From positions 1 to 24,871 of IMG/VR virus record IMGVR_UViG_3300042310_000306: a stretch of 24,871 nucleotides of DNA; one strand, written 5' to 3'. Position 1 is the first letter of the stretch. Each line of letters starts with the position of its first letter. The stretch comes from a virus (taxonomy: Duplodnaviria > Caudoviricetes). Below, piece after piece: positions 9,353 through 19,226 of this stretch. The translations under genes and the position numbers were made by a program. Below the pieces are notes generated by a model. That model worked only from the letters and a program-made list of their open reading frames with translations. It was not told the origin of the DNA and did no database searches.

Positions 9353-12300
9353 ATGTCAAAATCATATAGGGTAAGAACGCAGGTTGGCGTTGATAAATCA
9401 GTAACCGTAAATTTAGAACAAGATTTTGATTTTTTGGAGATATTATCCTTAAAATTGTCACAAAGCGAGATCTATGTAAGACAATGTTCCGATTATGGTG
9501 TTATTGCTGGTAGAGTGTCTGTTAATGATGGATATGGAGTACCTAACGCTAAATTATCGTTATTCATACCAATAAGCGCCGCCGACGAATTAAATCCAAC
9601 CATCAGTGAAATATATCCTTATAAGACGGTAACAGATGTTAATGAGGATGGATATAGATATAATTTATTACCATACAAACCGTCATTTCCCGGTCACTCA
9701 GCTACAGGATCATTTCCTGACTTAGAGGATGTATTAAAAAATCCTACGGCGATAGAGTTGTATGACAAATATTATAAATTTACGGTAACCACCAACGATA
9801 GTGGTGACTTTATGATATTCGGAGTTCCTGTTGGTAGTTACACAATTTTAATGAATTTGGACTTATCTGATATGGGCCCATTTTCACAATCACCACAAGA
9901 CTTAATAAGATTAGGTATTGCAACAGAGAGTCAAGTTAATGGAACTAAATTTCAAACATCTGAGAATTTAACAACATTACCACAAATTATCTTCTTAAAT
10001 AAGACCGTTGAGGTTCTACCATTGTGGGGAGAGCCAGAAATTTGCCAACCATCAATTACAAGAACTGATTTTGATTTAACTGCTGAGGCTAGTATTACTA
10101 TTAAACCTACCGCAATTTTTATGGGGTCAATTATATCCGATACGGATGAATCGGCGTTAAGAAGAAATTGCAAACCAATTAAAAAATCTGGATACCAATG
10201 TAATTTAATTTCAGGTCCAGGTCAGATATTATCAATTAGACAAACCATAAATCAAGACATAAATGGTAGACCTGTTTTAGAAGAACACGAGTTTGAAAAT
10301 AATGGTAAAGTCATTGATCCTGACGGTACTTGGTTATTAGATGTCCCAATGAACTTGGATTATATCATAACCAATGAATTTGGGGAACAAATATTCTCAA
10401 ATGATGAGAAAAAAGGAATACCAACCAAATCAAAATACAGATTTAAGGTAAAGTGGAATCAATCGCCAGGTTTGGGGGAACCAATTAAAAGGGCAAACTT
10501 CTTGGTGCCAAACGTAAAAGAAAATGGGTGGGATGGAAATCGCCCTAATCAGGATCCTTTGATAGATGTTATATCAACTTCAGGTGGTTATATCGCAGCT
10601 AAGAAATCATACGCATTTAGTTTAGATTGGAATGATTATGGTTATTCAGCATCAACCTATGGTGATGATATTATACAAGAAGCAATAAATTGCGAAGATA
10701 AATTTTATGAGATGTCATATAATAAAGTTTATACGATATCACAATTAATAACAAGATTCACAAAAGGTAATAGACAAAGACAATACTTGGGTATTAAAAA
10801 TATTACAGATGAAGCTTGTGAAAGTACCAGTAATAAATTTCCAACTAACGAAGCTCAATATAGATTTGATTTATTATTTTTATTATTTGTAATTGCGTCA
10901 TCTTTTATATCTATTATATTAAAAATAGTGGTGATTATATTTCACGTTATATGTGCGGTATTACAAGCGATAATAGAGTTCGCAGATAAAGCGGGATTTA
11001 ATAAACTTAAAAATAAAATAATACAAATACAAAGTAATTTCAATAATCTAAATATTCCATTATTTACATTTCCTGATTGCGAACTTTGTTCCTGCAAATC
11101 AACAAAAAACAATATTTCAAATTATGGACCTGATTATTCACCACCACTATTCACTAATAATAGTATATTGGCGGATATTATTGACCAAACTTTATATGAC
11201 GTAAATACCGATGATGAACAATCAATTGATGCAATACAAAGATTTTCCGCAGGTTTTGTATCTACTAATTTAGCATACTCATACGCCTTTAGAACACCAC
11301 AAAGGGCTAATCTTACTGACGATCAATTTATTTGGACTCAAAGTTTAACTGTACCTGAAAGCCTTAATTTAATGAACTTTAAAGGTAAGTTTTTTGGTAT
11401 TGGGGGTGGCAGTACTAACGAAACTTCATCTTTAAATAAAAGAATTGATCCAAGTGGTCCTTACGCATTAGGTGGTGGTACAAATCAAATAAAATCCACA
11501 TTTAATACGACCGCAAATGACTTTAATACCACTTTTCATTATGATAATTTAATGATTTTAATGATCGAAGAGAAAATACCTGACGGCACTATTTTAACAT
11601 TTAACAATCCATATGATGGTGTTGATGTTAATATGAGCGCCACCACTCAATTAAATGCGTATGGAACATATTCAGTAACAGGTAATCCTATCAATACGGG
11701 AGGCGCAATAAATGTTAGTTATACAGAGCCGATAAATGGGTATAGAGGGGTTGTAACTTACAATATGACTCAAACTGATACAGATTCGGATAGGTATTTG
11801 AAATACCCAACAGGTATTGAATACTTCCAAGTAATAAAAACTATGACGTATGACGAATATAAGGATCTAATTGCCTCATTATTTGGTATGGATAATGGTA
11901 GAGGACCTGAAAGTATTGCGAATCGGGTTTTTGACGCTTCGTCACTAATTAGTCAATCCTATGTGACTAATATAATTGGATTGACCCAACCGTGGGCGGA
12001 TATTAATTGGTGGAATGGGTATTCAGATAAATCAAATGCGTTTATAACCCTAATGGTTAGAGGTGTTGATCCACACTCAAGTAGAATACCCATAAAATAC
12101 GGCATCGGTCGTTTATTTGGTCGAACTAACCATTGGGATATTTCGGTTGAAGGAGATTTCAAAATGAATATCCCATTACAACCAAACGATGGACTAGATT
12201 TCGGTCAAATCACCACTGGTAACGCTCAATTCATTGCGTCGCAAAACGCTCATAGATGCGTTGACCATTTAAGCATAAACACTAACGATGAAGTGGATAC

Positions 12301-14488
12301 CGGATACTCACAAGGCAGAATATTTTTTCCTTCGTACCATTTCCAACCAACACAATGGACACCATTCCCAACATTTAGAATTTCCAATTACTCATCATTG
12401 GACGAAAACAGTAATTTAAATAATTATGCGCCAGGAGGGACACCATCCGCAATGTTTTCATCAATACAATCATATACTTTTATTGGTAATATTAACGGAA
12501 CAACAGGAGGAGGATTAAGAGTTGGTAGTGATAATATGTATGCAAGGAAACCTGGATCTCATATTGATAACCCATTAGTTTTTGGTTATTGTGATTTCCC
12601 ATCAAATAATGGAGAACAATTTAACAATAAGAGATATGCTATCGGAGAGAGTGTTGAAGGAGGATCTATGATCGGTATGAAATCCACAATATTAACATTG
12701 AATGGTGGTGGTAAAGATGCGCTTGGTTCAGTTTATTTTGCCCCAAAATATCCAAACTGGTACAATACCACTATGTCCGATAGTAATAGAATTGTAATGA
12801 GGACGGACAGAATGCCAACATCCGATATATTCCAAACATTTAACACTAATAATAGTAATGCGCCACAAGTACCACAAGGTATGACGATTATGAGTAATGG
12901 TCAATTTACGATTTATGAGTTATCCGATGATGGTGTAGTTGCTGGTGCAGATCCAGCCGCAGGAACGCCGGCATTTCCTGGTGACGACCCCGATGTTCCA
13001 ATTAGCGGATCAACTGACCCTGAAAGTTTTGGGTCCGTAGATAAAGTGTTGGCGACTTTTAGTTGCGAACATTTAGTTCCAATTGATTGTTATATAACCG
13101 ATCCTCCCGACTCAATAACTGTTGATAATGAAGGTACTTGTCAATATTATACATCAGGAGGTTATGCTAGATACTTTATTGGTGGTTCTTGTTACTCATT
13201 AGTACATCCAAATTATTTAGGTAGTCATTTAAAAAAAGATCTACAATTAATAACAGAGTGGTTATCACGAATGAATATTAATTTTGGCGCTTGTAGAGAA
13301 GTGTTTTCACACACGTTTATTAATAATTGGGTTAATGGGGTTTTATACGCTTTTCCATTTAAAACCGTAAGATATTTCACAGGACCGGATGAAAATCCAC
13401 CAAATCAACCATACAACAAATATTGTAAAGATACAATATTTTTAGATCCTGACACTTTTAATTTCTATTATAGGAGCGCACCATACGATGAATCAAATGG
13501 TCGATTTATAGGTAAAAAAGGGTTTGAACGCAATGATAAAATTGTAGGTAATGAAAGAAATTTAATGTTCCCAACCACAATGATTGATTTAGGTCCAAGA
13601 GATGAACTACAAAAATTCCTATCACAAAGTGGTAATTGGGATGGGTATATTATGAATAAATTAAATACCACAACATTTGGGGATACATCAGATATCTTGA
13701 ATCTATTTATATTGTCAAGATTTGCTAATACAAGTTTTGGGGCGTTATTTAAAAGACCAGAAGGTGCTAGTATTATGAATTATTTCTCACGAGACAAAAG
13801 ATTCGTCGATGCCGATTTTGCCCAAATGATCGCAACCAATTCACAATTTGGTATCGCGGCTTTTGAACCGGCAAATTATCCTGAACCACCTTCTGGTGAC
13901 ACAATACATAACTCACCTTTATATTTTCCGGGAGGGGTTGCTAATGTTAATGATATAACATTTGGTATTTTTTATACGGGTGATAGTCAAGTTAGAGATT
14001 ATATTTCACCAAACAGAACGATTTATAATCCAAATGGTACTATTGGTGTGAATGATGATTGTTCTTTTACTTACATACCCGTTACAACGCAGTCAGTTCC
14101 ATTTTATTTATGGAATATAAAAGATAATACTGGAAACCCTAATATATTTGGAACACAAAAAAATGATTGGTATTTCGGTGGGGGAGCGAACGGCACCGCA
14201 TTTCAATACGGATACCAAAAAATAGATAGATTGTACTCAGCATCAAAAAATTTCCAACCAAGTCCTAACATAACTCAAATAAATTACCATAAAGGGTGGA
14301 TTTACAATGTTGATGATAATTTAATTAACCCTGTTACAGGTGAATTGGATTATAAACCAGAACCTGGAATACCTGAAAAATATTTAACTGGAGCCCCTTT
14401 TTATTTTTATTTTGGGTTAAGTAAAGGAGCTTCGGCTTTTGACAGATTTACAACTAAATGGATTGACACTGATGCATTTGTAGAATAA
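9353..14488 (+). CDS. Large putative baseplate/tail structural protein (1711 aa) with an internal hydrophobic segment
   Basis: Uninterrupted 5.1-kb ORF after the gp6-like gene. The N-terminus has a pattern resembling the carboxypeptidase-regulatory-like beta-sandwich (GVIAGRV...GVPNAKLSL...TTNDSGDFMIFGVPVGSYTI). Hydrophobic run at aa 505-544, then CELCSC. The function is inferred from context. Confidence 0.75.
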   Translation: MSKSYRVRTQVGVDKSVTVNLEQDFDFLEILSLKLSQSEIYVRQCSDYGVIAGRVSVNDGYGVPNAKLSLFIPISAADELNPTISEIYPYKTVTDVNEDGYRYNLLPYKPSFPGHSATGSFPDLEDVLKNPTAIELYDKYYKFTVTTNDSGDFMIFGVPVGSYTILMNLDLSDMGPFSQSPQDLIRLGIATESQVNGTKFQTSENLTTLPQIIFLNKTVEVLPLWGEPEICQPSITRTDFDLTAEASITIKPTAIFMGSIISDTDESALRRNCKPIKKSGYQCNLISGPGQILSIRQTINQDINGRPVLEEHEFENNGKVIDPDGTWLLDVPMNLDYIITNEFGEQIFSNDEKKGIPTKSKYRFKVKWNQSPGLGEPIKRANFLVPNVKENGWDGNRPNQDPLIDVISTSGGYIAAKKSYAFSLDWNDYGYSASTYGDDIIQEAINCEDKFYEMSYNKVYTISQLITRFTKGNRQRQYLGIKNITDEACESTSNKFPTNEAQYRFDLLFLLFVIASSFISIILKIVVIIFHVICAVLQAIIEFADKAGFNKLKNKIIQIQSNFNNLNIPLFTFPDCELCSCKSTKNNISNYGPDYSPPLFTNNSILADIIDQTLYDVNTDDEQSIDAIQRFSAGFVSTNLAYSYAFRTPQRANLTDDQFIWTQSLTVPESLNLMNFKGKFFGIGGGSTNETSSLNKRIDPSGPYALGGGTNQIKSTFNTTANDFNTTFHYDNLMILMIEEKIPDGTILTFNNPYDGVDVNMSATTQLNAYGTYSVTGNPINTGGAINVSYTEPINGYRGVVTYNMTQTDTDSDRYLKYPTGIEYFQVIKTMTYDEYKDLIASLFGMDNGRGPESIANRVFDASSLISQSYVTNIIGLTQPWADINWWNGYSDKSNAFITLMVRGVDPHSSRIPIKYGIGRLFGRTNHWDISVEGDFKMNIPLQPNDGLDFGQITTGNAQFIASQNAHRCVDHLSINTNDEVDTGYSQGRIFFPSYHFQPTQWTPFPTFRISNYSSLDENSNLNNYAPGGTPSAMFSSIQSYTFIGNINGTTGGGLRVGSDNMYARKPGSHIDNPLVFGYCDFPSNNGEQFNNKRYAIGESVEGGSMIGMKSTILTLNGGGKDALGSVYFAPKYPNWYNTTMSDSNRIVMRTDRMPTSDIFQTFNTNNSNAPQVPQGMTIMSNGQFTIYELSDDGVVAGADPAAGTPAFPGDDPDVPISGSTDPESFGSVDKVLATFSCEHLVPIDCYITDPPDSITVDNEGTCQYYTSGGYARYFIGGSCYSLVHPNYLGSHLKKDLQLITEWLSRMNINFGACREVFSHTFINNWVNGVLYAFPFKTVRYFTGPDENPPNQPYNKYCKDTIFLDPDTFNFYYRSAPYDESNGRFIGKKGFERNDKIVGNERNLMFPTTMIDLGPRDELQKFLSQSGNWDGYIMNKLNTTTFGDTSDILNLFILSRFANTSFGALFKRPEGASIMNYFSRDKRFVDADFAQMIATNSQFGIAAFEPANYPEPPSGDTIHNSPLYFPGGVANVNDITFGIFYTGDSQVRDYISPNRTIYNPNGTIGVNDDCSFTYIPVTTQSVPFYLWNIKDNTGNPNIFGTQKNDWYFGGGANGTAFQYGYQKIDRLYSASKNFQPSPNITQINYHKGWIYNVDDNLINPVTGELDYKPEPGIPEKYLTGAPFYFYFGLSKGASAFDRFTTKWIDTDAFVE

Positions 14489-16269
14489 TGGGAAACGAGA
14501 ACAATACAAAAATAGTCCTTAGCACTCTAAGGTTTAAGTCATCACCAATTGTTGATAATATGGTTGATGTTGGATTATCACAGACCACTAAGGAATCTGT
14601 GGAGTTTGATAGAAGTAATACTATTGATTTAGCTCAAGTTTTTGAGAATGAAAGACAAGCATCGACCACATTTAGACCTGTTACCAAAATAACATACTTA
14701 TTTAAAAATACGTATTATGGTAGTACTAATTACGCTCCATTTACTGAAAATTTATATTATGTAAATGCTTTGGCATCATCTAGACAATTTTGTGATGGAG
14801 GTGGTGACGATGTTTATTGGTCGGGATATCCTTTATATAACGAGTTTGATTTAACGAGGACTGACAATAATGTTTCAGGTTATACAAAACCCGGTACAAA
14901 TAATCATATTAATTTCGTTGGTGTAAGCGCTTCATCATATAATTGGAATTTTTTCATTAGTTATCCTTACGATAATATAACCAAAACTTTATCCGCAGTT
15001 GATCCATTTACTATATCTTGGTCAGCTTCAGATGGGTTACCTTTCATAATAAGTAACACAACATCAAATGGTCAAAGTTTAATAACATTTAAATCTGTGT
15101 GTAAGCACGGATTAAATGTTGGAGAGTTTGCTTACTTATCAATTGATTATAATGGACAAAGATTATTTCAAGTATATGATTTAGGAGATGGTAATTATGG
15201 ATCTGAAGAATATGTGTTTAGTATTTCAAATTTAGGTTACACCGGTAACACTTTTGATGTCGGAACTACGGGAACATTTAAAAGAGTTATTGATGAGAAC
15301 AACTACCAAGATACGATGTCTGAATATTATATTAGGAGACATAAAATAATAACGAACCCCGAAGATGCGATGTTGGTAAATGCCGGATTTGAATTAAATC
15401 CATTCAAGGTAATTAAACAATATGAACCGTCAGGATTAACCCCAAATAAAGTATCAAGAATTTCAGTAAAAGAAGGTAGTCAATCATACACATTATCTTT
15501 TTCAAAAGATATATCAATAGATAATCTTATAGATAATCAAAGTCGGCCAATAACTCAACTATTCTTCACTTTTCAGTGGATTGGTAGATTTGGATGGACA
15601 TCAAATCCAACCTACCCACCATCTAGTCCAAATATAGCATTAAAAGAAGGTTTTGATTTTAATTTACCATTAAAAAGTAACGGACAACCATCTGATTGGT
15701 GGGACAATGACCCACAAAACTTAACACCAAATGCTTACACATCTATACCAACATTATCATATACGGTCAATGGTAGAACTTTTTATCATAACGAACCATT
15801 AAAATATGGTGATATGATAGATGGTGATTATTGTGAGTGGAATAATTATGAATACACTGAAAGAGTTATATCAGATGCTTATCATAAAATAACATATAAC
15901 CCTAATCATTTTAATATTAATATAACAGGACAAGGTTTTTCCGGAAACCCATTAGGGTATTACTACAAACCACATAACCCAATTAAAATAAAGGATTTTT
16001 CATCATATATTGAGGAAGGTGATCCAGCTACGGTTAGTGAAATACCTGATTACGCTGTTTTTTCAAAAACCAACGGAACTTTCATTTGGAGAGATATATA
16101 TACGTATGGGTTTATAGATACTGATGGAGTTGGAGTTGATTATCCATTTTTAAATGGTGTTCATTATCCTTTTACCAATACTATATTTAGAGTAATCCCT
16201 GAAGGAGCGTCAACACCTCTATCAACAATAAATACAATTCCTTTACCTACCACAGATGAGTGTGAATAA
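14488..16269 (+). CDS. Hypothetical virion structural protein (593 aa)
   Basis: TAATG stop/start overlap with the upstream gene. Rich in Tyr/Asn/Thr/Gly, with an HGLNVGE motif of a kind I associate with phage tail beta-domains. No firm family. Confidence 0.75.
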   Translation: MGNENNTKIVLSTLRFKSSPIVDNMVDVGLSQTTKESVEFDRSNTIDLAQVFENERQASTTFRPVTKITYLFKNTYYGSTNYAPFTENLYYVNALASSRQFCDGGGDDVYWSGYPLYNEFDLTRTDNNVSGYTKPGTNNHINFVGVSASSYNWNFFISYPYDNITKTLSAVDPFTISWSASDGLPFIISNTTSNGQSLITFKSVCKHGLNVGEFAYLSIDYNGQRLFQVYDLGDGNYGSEEYVFSISNLGYTGNTFDVGTTGTFKRVIDENNYQDTMSEYYIRRHKIITNPEDAMLVNAGFELNPFKVIKQYEPSGLTPNKVSRISVKEGSQSYTLSFSKDISIDNLIDNQSRPITQLFFTFQWIGRFGWTSNPTYPPSSPNIALKEGFDFNLPLKSNGQPSDWWDNDPQNLTPNAYTSIPTLSYTVNGRTFYHNEPLKYGDMIDGDYCEWNNYEYTERVISDAYHKITYNPNHFNINITGQGFSGNPLGYYYKPHNPIKIKDFSSYIEEGDPATVSEIPDYAVFSKTNGTFIWRDIYTYGFIDTDGVGVDYPFLNGVHYPFTNTIFRVIPEGASTPLSTINTIPLPTTDECE

Positions 16270-17074
16270 GTTCAAGATAGTAAAAACAAGTACCGATAAG
16301 TACATTGATATTCCTGTGGAGATCAAATGGGATTTCTATGGTAGAGACGATAGTATTGACGAAATACAAGAAGATATTATTGAAAAAGTAATTGGTAAGC
16401 CAAAAGATTTTGAGTTGGCTAGATTTGAGAATAAACAATATCCTAATACTTATGAGTCCTCTGTAAATTATAATTTCTATTTTTATAATGCTAATATAAA
16501 CCTAATTAATCAATCAATCCCAAGTTATTGGGACATAAGTTATAATAGTGAAGGGTTTTCCGATAAAGACATATATTATACCACAAAACCATTCCAAAAG
16601 TCATTTTTTAAATTAGATTTTTATGACACTAGAGACAGTAAAACTCAAAAAAATTACTTCACCGTAATTCTATTTGCCAATCAGTCTTTGGATGAATTAA
16701 AGGAGATATCGGTATACTTACCAGATGTTAATGTAAGTGTTCCCAAATATAAATTAGATTTTGTTGGGGCACAAAAAGAAGGTTACTTTTTATATTGGTT
16801 AAAAAGTAGAGAGTTTTTAAATATTGATACATTTTATATGTCGGCTAAATTCTTTAATGGAAGTAATGGAAACTTTGTTAAAATGATGAATAAAAGTCAG
16901 GGTTCTTTATCTGATAAGTTTGGATTTAATGGTGAGGATTATTTTTATTATAAAGTTAAGTTAGATTACTCTGATTACACATATCAGATATTTGATTTTA
17001 GCGCTGGATCAGATTTAAGAATTGGTGATAGTGGAAACCCCATAAATTGGTACGAATATGTTAATCCGAATTAA
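16256..17074 (+). CDS. Hypothetical protein (272 aa), probably structural
   Basis: 14-nt overlap with the upstream gene and TAATG coupling to the downstream gene. Aromatic-rich with no recognised motif. Confidence 0.75.
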   Translation: MSVNKFKIVKTSTDKYIDIPVEIKWDFYGRDDSIDEIQEDIIEKVIGKPKDFELARFENKQYPNTYESSVNYNFYFYNANINLINQSIPSYWDISYNSEGFSDKDIYYTTKPFQKSFFKLDFYDTRDSKTQKNYFTVILFANQSLDELKEISVYLPDVNVSVPKYKLDFVGAQKEGYFLYWLKSREFLNIDTFYMSAKFFNGSNGNFVKMMNKSQGSLSDKFGFNGEDYFYYKVKLDYSDYTYQIFDFSAGSDLRIGDSGNPINWYEYVNPN

Positions 17075-18264
17075 TGGAAGATCAAAGATACTATATTAAG
17101 ATTTCACCCGAAGTAATAACTAGTGATATAGTTACTATGGTCTATACCGCATCTACGGGAGTAACCCTTAGTTTGGATTTGACTTGTTGTGACTTTACGA
17201 GTTATACTGAAAACTTTTATTTTACAACCGCATCGACAAGGGTACAACTACAAATGTCAGCGGTGGTTACTGGAGGTACGAGTGGAACTTCTCTAATGAC
17301 GGGATTAACCATACCTATTTTATTTACTCAAAGTATAACGGACATTGGTTATTATTCAGTTTTTGATGGCGCTATACTACAAAAAGATGTTATTACTAAC
17401 TTTATATTTTCTGCTGTCACAGGGGCTAACTCATCAACATATTATGTATATAATACATCAGATGTTCAGTATAAGAAATTTCTACAAAGTGCCACTTTTA
17501 AGATAGATTGGGGTGATAATACCCCCGTGGAAAATTTAATTTCGGTTGCTCCAAATTATACATCACATACATATCCATCTGGAAGTGCTCAATATACTAT
17601 AACATTATCGGGATATACCCAATTTGGGGTAACGGTAATTGAAAAACAAGTTCAAGTACCTTTTACTAATATACCGATATTAAATCCAAATGGAACGGCT
17701 TATTTCATTCCACAAGGGGGTGATTGGTCAGGAACTCCAATAATGTATGACTACATTTTTTCGGGTGATTCAAACACCAATCTATTGGATCATATAAGTT
17801 CAAACTACACAACAGTTCCTTTTTATATTACTGGATATACAAAATCAACATTAGGTGACTTATCCCAATATAAGGGTAACGCGACAAAAAATGGAAAATC
17901 TTTTAAACTTAATCAACAAATAACGGGAACAAGTAATACCGTTGGTATATACAAAGGTAGAACACCTGACAATATGTCAGATGCGTATACAATTAATGGG
18001 GTTGATTATTATGATTATGATGATGGATCAACAATATATGTTGCGGAGTCGTCAGGGCTAACTCAAGATTGGTTGGTTTCATCAGGATTAACCAAAGATG
18101 AAGCATTATTAAATGTAATTGATCAACCACAGGTATTTTCAAATGTATATATAGAGAGAGGTAAAAATTCCGCACTTGAAACCGTACATAGGTTGGGTGA
18201 AGTATCAACAATTGGGGGTTTAACCGCCTATGGTTATAAATTTTTTAATGTTAATAAAACTTAA
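17074..18264 (+). CDS. Putative structural protein (396 aa) with a PKD/Ig-like motif
   Basis: FKIDWGD...SHTYPSG..QYTITLSG resembles the PKD signature (WDFGDG...HTY...G.YTVTL). The protein is Thr/Ser/Gly-rich. Confidence 0.7.
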   Translation: MEDQRYYIKISPEVITSDIVTMVYTASTGVTLSLDLTCCDFTSYTENFYFTTASTRVQLQMSAVVTGGTSGTSLMTGLTIPILFTQSITDIGYYSVFDGAILQKDVITNFIFSAVTGANSSTYYVYNTSDVQYKKFLQSATFKIDWGDNTPVENLISVAPNYTSHTYPSGSAQYTITLSGYTQFGVTVIEKQVQVPFTNIPILNPNGTAYFIPQGGDWSGTPIMYDYIFSGDSNTNLLDHISSNYTTVPFYITGYTKSTLGDLSQYKGNATKNGKSFKLNQQITGTSNTVGIYKGRTPDNMSDAYTINGVDYYDYDDGSTIYVAESSGLTQDWLVSSGLTKDEALLNVIDQPQVFSNVYIERGKNSALETVHRLGEVSTIGGLTAYGYKFFNVNKT

Positions 18265-18271
18265 TATTAAG

Positions 18272-18283
18272 TATTTATAAATA
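18272..18283 (+). promoter_or_regulatory. Palindromic TATTTATAAATA, candidate phage late promoter
   Basis: Perfect 12-bp palindrome in a 53-nt gap. It contains the TATTTAT core and also the T4 late-promoter consensus TATAAATA (18276-18283). Confidence 0.55.
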
Positions 18284-18317
18284 TGGTTAAAATAATAAAT
18301 GAACTAATAAATTAATA

Positions 18318-19226
18318 ATGGCAAGCGGATCATATGGAACAATAAGGCCGGCGGATGTTTCCCCCGAAGATGTTGAGATAATATTAAATTTTACCCCAAG
18401 TAGGGATAATACCGATAATTTTACGCTTACAACATTAAACGCTCAAGACGTATTAAAACCATACTTCAATAATGGAAATACGGGTGGTAATGCGGATGTT
18501 GAGATATTAGGTGGTTTATATAACCTAAAATTACCCGCAGACCAATTTAATGCTTTAGGTATTTATAACCTATATATTAGGCCAGTACAAATTAGAACAA
18601 CAATTAATGATTGTGGTGTTTTATCCGCAATACCTAATGTTAAGGGATTAATTTTTAATTTAGAACAAGTACCAGCTCAATATAGAAACAAATTTGTTGC
18701 TCAAGGATTGGTAGGATTTAGAATAGAATATTTAAACCCTGATGGAAGTAAAATACCCAACTTTTTTAGAATTATAACATCTTCATTTTATTGTGAGCCC
18801 GTTACGGAAAACCAAACAAACTCATCACAAAAATCAATTAGATATAGATATGTTGATGGGGCAACCAACTTACTATTTTGTACGGTATCACCATCATCAT
18901 CACCAACAAACAAACCAAACGCAACACCATTTATAGGTCAGCCAAATCAAAACGTAACTATAAGTAATACATACTTCAACCCAATTAGTATTGAGATTGA
19001 GATAGTAGAGCACGATATATCAACTCTCGCCATCGCTCTATATGGTAATCAAACCAAATCTATGGATGATGGTATTTACACAATGTACGACAGTAATAAC
19101 AATATCTACAAACAATACAATCTTTATGAGGTTAGAGATGAGTTTAATGAGTTATTATATGAAGTTAGACAAGATAGGGGAACTAATATAGATTACAGTA
19201 AAAACTTTGTAAATATTACTCAATAA
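18318..19226 (+). CDS. Hypothetical virion structural protein (302 aa)
   Basis: Clean ORF coupled by TAATG to the next gene, within the baseplate cluster. No recognised family. Confidence 0.8.
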   Translation: MASGSYGTIRPADVSPEDVEIILNFTPSRDNTDNFTLTTLNAQDVLKPYFNNGNTGGNADVEILGGLYNLKLPADQFNALGIYNLYIRPVQIRTTINDCGVLSAIPNVKGLIFNLEQVPAQYRNKFVAQGLVGFRIEYLNPDGSKIPNFFRIITSSFYCEPVTENQTNSSQKSIRYRYVDGATNLLFCTVSPSSSPTNKPNATPFIGQPNQNVTISNTYFNPISIEIEIVEHDISTLAIALYGNQTKSMDDGIYTMYDSNNNIYKQYNLYEVRDEFNELLYEVRQDRGTNIDYSKNFVNITQ

